Assembly: GCA_050575255.1 (NCBI GenBank)
Contig: JBNZDD010013542.1
Location: 1,054,369 to 1,118,368, forward strand
DNA length: 64,000 nt
Direction of reading: 5' to 3'
Source: Harriotta raleighana
Taxonomy: Eukaryota
The notes under the pieces were generated by a model that saw only the letters and a program-made list of their open reading frames with translations, did no database searches and was not told the origin of the DNA. Of this stretch, positions 42,038 to 51,301 are shown piece after piece (the stretch's first letter is position 1; the number at the start of each line of letters is the position of its first letter). The position numbers and the translations under genes are program-made.

Positions 42038-43000
42038 GTAATAGTTTGAAGTGAGCCTTTGTGAGTGCCGTTGAATTTCTCACAAATTCACTCTGGCCAC
42101 AGTTTAAAACCCCCTTTATGATGTATATATATATATTGAATCAGCATTGAACAATTAATTATATGTCAACAAGAGATGCAAGTAGCTATTATATCTATTT
42201 TAGACAGGTTTGCGGGATGTCCAGCAATACATTTTTATATATATATGCATTATTACGTGTATATATATATATAGTGCACTTGTGAACTAAAAGAATTCAC
42301 ATAACAACGTGTCTCGGCGAAGGTAAGACTCTTGTCCTATTCATTAACATGTTTGTTTTTGAAGAAAAAAAGGTGATAATTATTTTACGTATCTTTGCTA
42401 TTCACAACTTGCCATGAAAACCCCAAGGTGATTTTGGTAAGATCTGAATGCCTGGGATCCAAATCTTCCAGTGCAAATTTTGCAATTTAAAAAAATCAAA
42501 TTAGTAGAGTCACAAACGTGTTCTTATTTCTGTTTCATTTATTACGTTAGACCCTAACCCGGTGTAGTAGTTTCAAATAACGTTAATGCGATATATATTG
42601 CAGCCTTGCCTTTTATAGTGAACGGATTTTAATTCATTCCCCAGACACAAAAAATAAAAAGAGCAACTACACCAATATAACACACATCGCAGAACGTCAC
42701 TACACACAAAAAACTGCTAATAAACTGCGGTGTTGGTATAGATACAGGTTCGTTATAGTTATATTTACATTTTGTCCATTTACTTAGTCCATTTAATGGC
42801 ATTCATTCACAAATCTCCTGTTGCAGTACTAAAAATGAAAATAGAGGACGTATTAGCAATTTGCAGACAAAGACTCGGCGAAAGACGCGTTTGCACTTTA
42901 AGCTTGTAGTATTTGGTAATTGTCTCTCTTTATACCTGCGTTAAGCGCCAACTGAACAGTACAGTACGATTCATTTTCCTTCTCCAGATTTTTCTCCCAC

Positions 43001-43248
43001 TTAAGTCGTGTTGCTCTTTACTTTGGCCACGATTTTCTTTTCTTTGACCCTCCGGTTCTGAAACCAGATGGTGATCTGTCGTTCGCTGAGATTCGTAGCT
43101 GCAGAAATCTTCCTTCTCTTGTCTTTTGTGATAAATTTGTTGGTTCCGTATTCCCTCTCCAGTTCTTTGAGTTGAACTTTTGTGTATGGGATTCTTTTCT
43201 TCCTTCCACGGCGAAATTGACCAGCGTCCTGTTGGTGACCCACCACAT
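43001..43248 (-). CDS. HoxB13: Homeobox protein Hox-B13, coding exon 2 (homeodomain)
   Basis: [90 protein letters not shown] and AKVK are B13-type rather than A/C/D13. Tandem CAGCAG acceptor lets the exon start at 43251 or 43248; TAA at 43003-43001. 676+248=924 nt, 307 aa. Confidence 0.97.
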
Positions 43249-43591
43249 CTGCTGTGTGTAGGTTTGCCACGCAAAGAAAGACACAATATTTTTTTTTAAA
43301 TCTCACAGTACTTTAATTTTTTTTCAACAGTATTTTTACTTTTCATAAACTCCCAGCGTTTAAAATTTAAAACAAAAAACGATTTGTTTCAAAATACAAA
43401 TTTCCCGTTAGCGCTGTCACACGTATAACTAACTCTACTGCAAGCTATAACTCGGCATATTTTCAGAAATAATTTCTGCTGCTGTTGATACCGATTCATT
43501 TTCACAACAAACAGCAGAAAGCGAGCGCCGATCGCTTCCAGCGATCACGTTTCTTCACCACAAAATAACACAGGATCTGATTAATTATTAC
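43249..43591 (-). other. HoxB13: HoxB13 intron (about 343 nt, GT-AG, phase 1)
   Basis: GTAATA donor and ...TACACACAGCAG acceptor; splicing restores the frame (LS-D-VV). Confidence 0.93.
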
Positions 43592-44267
43592 CTGACAATG
43601 TGGACTTCCAGAGGTGAGCCGGTTGTGCTTGTTCTTTACAGTACATCTGGCTGTTCCATCCATTGAGGGCCCAAGGCTGGTAGCTGTCCATAGGTAACAA
43701 AGCCTCGTGCCTCGGCTCTCCTGCCCCACTAATGGTCTGCACTACAGAAACGTCCAAATAACTTGGCATGGGCTGGTATGGGCCAGCGTAGCCGTGGTAA
43801 AAGGCGAATTCCTTAGCCCGGCCTGGGTAATCATCGGTGGGCACTGGAGTGTCCATATATTTGTCTCCCGGATAATTCGACAAGGCGGCAGGCTGGGTGC
43901 AAGACTTAATTGGACCTCTACCCATTCGGCACGAGTAGTAACCGCTGCCGAAATATCCGTAAGGCAAAGGGGCTGCGGGAGAGCCCTGGGGAAGGGGCGG
44001 GCAAGGACCACATTGCTTACCGGGCTCCCCTACCCCAGAACCGGACATATCGACCGTGGAGTAACCGGAGCCATGAACCAAAGGTGCGGGGTGTCCTCCC
44101 AGCGCCGAGTGAGCCATCAGATTCCTGCATTGATTCGCGGAGAAATTCCCAGTGTTGACGAATCCTTCCATTACGGCGCTATTCTTTTTAATCTCATTCA
44201 AGTTATTATCATACACGAACATCACAGAGTCGACCCAACGCGGCTTGAGAACCAGTGAAACTGTCAT
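43592..44267 (-). CDS. HoxB13: Homeobox protein Hox-B13, coding exon 1
   Basis: ATG at 44267 begins [22 protein letters not shown] (Hox13 N-terminal motif). Contains [42 protein letters not shown] and [17 protein letters not shown]. Ends WKSTLS at a phase-1 donor CAG|GTAATA (GT starts 43591). Confidence 0.97.
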
Positions 44268-44399
44268 ATCACGTCCAGCATTGGATCTATGGTTTCTTTT
44301 AAGAGACTGTAGACGAGAAAGCGATACAGAATTTCTTCCAGTGAACAACACTGACGCACTCACCCAGGTTAAAGCAACACGCTCCCTCACTGGCTCCTG

Positions 44400-44510
44400 G
44401 TTGTTCACGTGATATGCAAAGCACTTAATAAACCCCAAATACAGAATTGCAAAAGAGAGAGAAAAAAAGTTTCATTGCCAGCGAGAAATCCCTAGGTGGC
44501 ACGTGTTCAT
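44400..44510 (-). promoter_or_regulatory. HoxB13 proximal promoter region
   Basis: TCACGTGA E-box at 44405-44412 and a second CACGTG at 44500-44505 overlapping a CTCF-like motif (44489-44502), 140-240 nt upstream of the ATG. Confidence 0.55.
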
Positions 44511-47349
44511 TACAGCGAATTGCATGGAGGAACCATATCAAACAACAGGCAACGATATATCAATTAAACACAAACATGAAATGAACCTCATTTTCCTGCC
44601 GGGAAAATGCGGGCTTCAAGTTCATTTAATGTGTTCATTGCATAATCGATTCTTTATCTGATTAACTTTACAAAGACTTGTTTCCACGGTTGAACATAAA
44701 TTCAGTTAGCATTCGCGTTGTTTTTCAAAGTGCAGCAACCTTAACGACTATTATCTATTTCCCCCATCGCTATTCAGTTAGTTTGAGCTCCATTTCAGCC
44801 TCTTTTCTTCAGACAGGTCATTAATGTGAAAAAATAAAACCAGAAGCAAGGCTTTTCGGTGAAAGAACACAGGTTAAAAACACGCACACATGCACAATAC
44901 AATAATACCCAAGAGGAGGCCTGCAGTGATTACGTTATTTTGTCTGTGTTTGAGATGTCATTTGTTTGTTGGCTATTTCTACCAGTTCTTTTCATTAACT
45001 TCGTGAAAGTATTTAAGTTTTGTTGCGGGTCTGAAGACACCGAAAGTAAAACGGTCCTCGGTGGGATTCTGAAATAAGCATTTTCCACAATGAAAAACTA
45101 CACATATTGGAATATACTAGCGTATTTCAAAGAAGAGCTGCGTGCCAATTATAGTATATTCTAACCGCATCGTTTCAACTTGAATGTCCAAACAGTGGCT
45201 AAGCTGTACTGCTCTCCATAAACCTCTTCAATGTTTTAATTTTTCACGTATGTTACAATGTAGTATACCTATTCGGAAATCTGTACTATATATAAATTAT
45301 ACATCTCAACACTATTGTGATTTTCCTGTGCTATTTATACCTCCGGTTACACCAGTGAACTTTCATTACGTTGTCAACAAACCAATTTTACTCAATAAAG
45401 TCTTAGTAATTGACAGACAGATTTATATCTGGTTTTGATGTTGTACTATGATTATATGAAAGTCGTATTAGCTTTTACGCTAGAATCTTCAACAGGGTTA
45501 ATGGTGTCTAACGGTCCTTTACACTCACAAAAAATGCATTTATTTCTATTTTCCTGTTCGATACTTATTTGCAAATTGGATGCATTTCTCTCTTTAATTG
45601 GATTGAGTCACGTTGGAGTAGTTAGCTCAGAAGCCATTTATTTTCTCAACTATGCCAACTGCATGGGTATATATACAGATTGAAAATGCACCTTCTTTCA
45701 ATCCAATATTTTATCGCTACTCAGAAACCAATGTGATTCGCTCTAAATTTCTGCAGTATACGTTTATGCACGCTGCTATATGGTTACACTGCCAAGTAGG
45801 CTGTGCTTCAATGTTAACTGGTTTAATTGCTAAATTAACTCATATTCAAGCATAGGGATTTTGACTGAAGCTTGGTAATTAAAAAAAGCGAATTTATAGG
45901 ACACTGGAAATCGCCCTTTCACTTCAAACTGATTGCTGTGGTTGAAGAGTGTAAGGCAATAATAATTTTTAATTTGTAGCAAAGATACACTTATTATTCT
46001 TTCAAAATCCTTGAAGATTATTTTGGTTTTAGTATGTCGCAGAGTGAATCCATTAGCATGAAATTTACATTTTGGATAACCCCTATGTGTTTAGTTGGCA
46101 TAGTACATCTTGGAAGAATGAACGAATATTTTATTTATGACTATAGAACAATGTGCGGTACTTATGCAAACGTTAGATAACGAGAGCATCAAATAAAGAC
46201 AAAGGTGGTGACTTTTGGAAAGAATGTTGCTTCAGATCGAGTAGAAAAGGCAAAATAGAGTGTAGCTGGACATTTGTACATTTTACAACCAAATTCGGAC
46301 AGTCAGTGGTTCAGTAGCTCAGTTGGTTGAGTAAGTTATGATGTTGAGACAATATTTTACATGTATAAATGCACCAATTCCACAACCCTCAGAAAGAGTA
46401 CGCCTATTATATCCCTCGTCTTGAATGGTAAATGAACAGCAATTAAAAATATCCAATCCTACTTATTTTTCCAATTGCTACACAAACCCCGCACCGCCTA
46501 ATGGATTTTCCATTAAGACCACCCCAATAAAATGATGCATGTGCATTAACATGCCAATAACACTACATGGAAAAGATTACGACTAGAAATAAACTACTGA
46601 ATTGGGATATTTTAAATATATATATATTTTAAACCATGAACAACATATGAAGCGAAATTTCTAGAAAGTACTCATCATAAGGCAAGTATATCTTGAAATA
46701 ATGATTTTATTAACAGCAAGCTCCAAGTCGGTCTCTGCTTTAAAGATTTGGGATGATCTAATATCTTGAATATCTATCGGTATCTTGTTGTTGTATTGCT
46801 TCCGATAACGAATGGTGCAAAATACCAAATCAGACTTACTCTGGACTGGGCTGTGCCACTAAACTGCCTTGATTTATTAAAAAAGCCTTATCAAAGAAAT
46901 CACAAATAAAATGTTCAATAGCCTTTTTCTCCTCTGAGTAATTCGACGTCCCATTCGGTAAATAAATGTAATGTATTGTTGTTGTTGTTAGACTACTTCT
47001 TACCATTACAGTGTGGAAAACCCAAAGGACCTCGGTCTGTCACGTATATAGCTGTTATTTTTTTGCTTCCCCCCACCCCCCAATCCAAGTTACATATTGG
47101 ATATCCGAGAATATAATATGTTTACTTCCACATTAATGATAAAATTTAATCAATTATTACTGTGGACATCGAAAATTCAAACAGTAAATTGAGGACTGTG
47201 CTTAGATTGCCAGTAGAAGTTTGAGAGACGTGTTTTTGGTGGTGGTGGGAGGGGGATGGTTTATGCGGAAGAAAGTTAGGCCGAACTTGAGACAGAGGCA
47301 ATTTAACAGAGTGGCCTTTTTTACATACGGTTCAGACACGGCTGAAGGC

Positions 47350-47363
47350 CAAGGTCAAGGTTA
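47350..47363 (+). promoter_or_regulatory. DR0 (NR6A1/GCNF-type) element
   Basis: CAAGGTCAAGGTTA preceded by AAGGC (a third half-site). Confidence 0.5.
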
Positions 47364-47433
47364 AAGCTAAGAGTCTAGTCACTATGAGGCCTGTCCTGTC
47401 TGAACCGCATCAAAACAAAACCCTTTATCGCTT

Positions 47434-47482
47434 CAGTGATTCTTTTCTTAGCTCAGACAACTATTCGGAAGCCAATAATGAC
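47434..47482 (-). pseudogene. Possible HoxB14 exon 3 remnant (VKIWFQN...KEKKLL)
   Basis: GTCATTATTGGCTTCCGAAT...TAAGAAAAGAATCACTG resembles GTCAAAATTTGGTTCCAGAAT...AAAGAAAAGAAACTACTG. Position fits the intron-split Hox14 homeobox, but it needs gaps and the acceptor is mutated. Confidence 0.3.
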
Positions 47483-48799
47483 CAGCTTGGAGGAATCGCG
47501 GATCAGTGCGAGACAAGGTGGTAAAACAACCCTTTTTTTTAAACAAAAGCAGTTTACAGATGATTGTATACACTGTGGTTCGACCATAATACTGGGAATC
47601 AGCGGATCAGCATTTGCTACCCCCCAAAATATGAAATATTACGAATAAGACTTTTATCCACAACACCGTATCTGGCCCCCAAAGTGTAAAAAATATTAAA
47701 GAAATTTCATTAGGGTTCATGCAGTTTGAGAATTTTATTGCAGGCACAATATTAGGGGCACGTTATAACTGCATCTAAATGTGTTTCACAACAATCTGCC
47801 GACGAGACATACCTCAGCCAATACACCAACCTGAATGAAGCCCTGACTGTTAAAACTTCAAGATATGAAACTTGGACAGAAGGGAGAGAGAGAGCGAGAA
47901 ACAGCACTGATGTTTTCAGTCACTCACTCAGGTACTGTTGACATTTTAATGTATCCTTAGTTTTATTTTTGCGTGTGATTTGTGTAGAGTTCGGGTATAC
48001 GAGTGTGTACTGTCAATGGCATGAGACATTTGCGAATGTCTCAGTATGTGTAAAGAATATATTTCTCTATGCTAGCTCCTTGCTAATTAATTGTTTAATC
48101 AATCTTTCGGCCCATACGATTATTTGTGTTGGCAACTAACTAATACATGTGAGGTGAAACTGCTTAACGTGTAAACATGATTTTTCCCAACGTTGTTTAG
48201 GAAGTTGGATCATGGCATTTTGCAATTGAAACTCAGAAAGGGTTAACAATGTGGCTGAAAAATGAAAGCACCTTTTTTTTACCATTTATAAATCATCCTG
48301 CATAACGCCGAATCACTCTTAAAGTGCAGTTAGTATCGAAATCTGGGAATGATCATCCAGTTTAAAAAATTGGCCTTTTTGGGAAAAAAAAGTTTATCTA
48401 TATGCCTAATCTTATATGGGCTTCGTGTTATAAATGCCGGTCTAAAACAGTTAACAGGCCCAGTACTGTACATCAGTTAGTTTGGAGTGGGCCACATTGA
48501 TATCTGTCCTTCATCTTTTACCGTTCTTGTCATGAAATGCGTTTTAATGTCGGCTTTCAAATTCAGAAAACGTAGCCTCACGCTCATCATAAACGACCCA
48601 GCTATACAACACAAACTAACTATTTGTTTCTATCAATAGAAATCACGTCCATTCCCCCATCCTCTGCTGCCGACGTTTAAAAGTCAATTAGAATGGGCGG
48701 TTAGATTTATCGAAATATATAGATATATATTACGAAATCGAAAGCATCGGGTATCAAAATCTGTTTGTGAAAAAAAATCCAAGGAAGAAAAGAAAAACA

Positions 48800-48925
48800 A
48801 TATCAGATGATTTATAACTGATTCGATGCTACGTTGGGTGTTGACTCTAATGAGAATCTACAGAACCTTGACTGTTTCGTTATATTCTGCTGCCTGGCAG
48901 GAGAGCTCTTTGTGCGCAATTACCC
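48800..48925 (-). pseudogene. Decayed Hox14-type homeobox 5' part (putative HoxB14 pseudogene, exon 2)
   Basis: Acceptor TTTACAG| at 48926. From 48916: RTKSSPARQQNITKQSRFCRFSLESTPNVASN, then a 2-nt deletion, then (I)SYK. Ungapped match to Hox14 RKKRVPYSKHQITELERAFEENRFLTPE(I/V)RLNISFK at R, K, P, IT, R, TP, V, N and S-K. Confidence 0.7.
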
Positions 48926-49674
48926 CTGTAAATGATTTAGTTCCCAATAGAAACATGGAGGCTTTGCCCTACTTTTAGACTTGGTGGAAAATAGCCCATT
49001 GAAAAATAAATTAATATAAAATTAATAAGTGAGTATTTGTGGAGATTGAAATATGTCCCATTATTATCAGTATGCAGTTGAACTGCCTCAATATGTACAA
49101 AGAATAAGGCAAAGTTTTGCTCCTTAATCTCCATAATATATTTGTTGATATACGTGAACATGCCGAGGTTTAAATGTGCTCCACATTCTTACAAAAGGGC
49201 ACAGTCACCTATAAATTCGGACCAAATTTATAGGTGTATCTTATGCACATACATACAAAAACACATACATTTGAATAATATTTTTGTGAAGCAATTCATT
49301 TGTTTAATTCATGCTTGGTTCAGTTTCAACCCTTTTCAGTTTGTAATACGTTGTATATAATTTGCTAAAATATCTATTTCAACGTAATAATTCACATTTT
49401 GCTCTATTCAAAGTCAAGTAGTTGCCAACACAAGATGGTTTTTAAAATTATATTGCATATAAAAAAATTAATCTTTTAAAAATATAAAAATAAGTTTAAC
49501 GATTAATCCAAATATTTTAGTTTTTAGATAAATGTTTTAATATCATTAAACTCCAGCCCTAACCACCTCTAGAAAACAAATTAGGTAACTGACACATTGG
49601 TCAACATATAACAATTAGAATACCTTCTAATATCATGTGAAACAAACTCGATATATTTTTATATAATTTATAAG

Positions 49675-49975
49675 GGCGAAACCTTAGACAAGTTTCCTTA
49701 TTCCCCACTTCTCATCTTTCCTAGCAGTGAGTAGGAACCCAGTTAGTTAATTGGCGGATCGCTTTCTGGGGATAATAATCCCTTCAAAAAGAAAATTGGT
49801 CGCTCAATCCATGACTGTTGTGAGACACCGCTCACAACAATTGGCTGGCGAGTTTTCTCACAAAATGCACAGTCAATCCATTTTGCAGTATATTCTGTGA
49901 AGCGCTTTGAGAAGTAAGTCTCAATATGATGAGACGTGATGAGATCAAATGCAAGGATGGTGATTATTATTATTA
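49675..49975 (+). mobile_element. SINE lacking most of its head
   Basis: GGGCGAAACCTT...AAGTTTCCTTA...CAGTATATTCTGTGAAGCGCTTTGAGA...TCAAATGCAAGGAT. Confidence 0.7.
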
Positions 49976-51287
49976 ATTATGGGACGAAATTGATTTAGCA
50001 CAATATTCCTGACCAAGTGAAATAGATTTCCTGTAAATTGACTGAGAAATGGAAATTCCGTCGTTAACGACTGATGCACTCAAACCTGCAAATTACTGAA
50101 ATATCGATCTCTGTATTCTAGCCTGAATTTATCTCGCCTGTTGGCATATCACTGCAAATAAAAATAACCAACCGTATATCATGATTCATTTCCTGCCTCT
50201 ATTTCACTGAAGTTTCTCTACAAAACACGTTTACATTTTTGTAGGAAATAGCTTTGACTGACAGGGGAAACAGATTGCTTCAAGTCGAATAGCAATTGCA
50301 ATCCAGTTTCCAGTTGAATTTCTTTTTCCAGTATATTCTCTTCAACCGAATTGATGCCTTTTAACGAAAAGGTCCAAATGATCGTATGATCTGTAAACCT
50401 CATGTAGTTTGCATTTAACTTTAAATGTATTTAACTCCAAGTGCAAAATCAGCAAATACACCCATAAATAGATGCAATAAATTAAATGGCCTTGGCCATT
50501 ATATAATTTGTTGATTATTCGTGTCGTGCTCACGTGCAGTTCAATAACCGTGTGTAACTGTGCTGGATAAGTTGTGATAATTATCAAAGGTGACAATTAT
50601 CACATGACGTAAGGCATGTCGCTCTCAGTGACGAATAGAACGATATAAAAACGTAGAGGATGAGACATTAGTTGCACAAATCTGTCCACCTAAATATCAA
50701 AGTAATACTTCTGGAGCACAAATGGCATTTTCCCACAGGTATTAAAGAATTTCCATATTGGTGCATCGCGTGTTTATTCAAAGAAAGGCATATTCTAGAG
50801 TTTTACAATTCTATTTTACAATACGGAATATTCCTTTCGCGTTTACATAAACCTACCATGCAGCCTCGTAAATATATGTTTATTCGATTATCGAATGGCT
50901 TATTGGAAATAAAAAAGGAAACATGCAAACAAGGGGTAATAATTATAATCCTTGCATTTGATATAACGCTTTTCATGTCTGCTAGATATCTCAAAACGCT
51001 TTACGGAATACACTAGTCAAGGAGAAAGGAAAAGGCGAGAGTGCAAAAGGGGGAAAAAATGAATTCGGGAGAAAGACAATGAAAGAGAGTGTAAAAAGAG
51101 AAAGTCAGACAGACAGAGCGCGACAAAGAGAGCCAGTGTGTCTGTGAGAGAGAGGGGGAGAGAGAAATCGTGTGAGCCCTACCATACCCAGATTTGCTGG
51201 GGCTGTAGGCGGTTTCTGTTTACGTTTGAACACCCAATCACGTCGTTTTGTATGACTTGCCAATCATTGGGGGCCAGACAGCGCTTT

Positions 51288-51301
51288 TGACCTTGAACTT
51301 G
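51288..51301 (-). promoter_or_regulatory. DR0 (NR6A1/GCNF-type) element near CCAAT boxes
   Basis: Minus strand CAAGTTCAAGGTCA; CCAAT at ~51234 and ~51260. Confidence 0.5.

Noticed and set aside
43707-44258. 183-aa plus-strand ORF
   Set aside because: Antisense shadow of the GC-rich HoxB13 exon 1.
44268-44438. 57-codon N-terminal extension of HoxB13 in the ORF track
   Set aside because: It starts at a TTG, has no Hox similarity and overlaps the promoter/5'UTR; the conserved start is ATG 44267.
45060-45090. Alternative Hox14 exon 3 candidate (minus strand ...TTTCAGAATC)
   Set aside because: Only FQN matches, no KEKK follows, and it lies only ~0.8 kb from the HoxB13 start.
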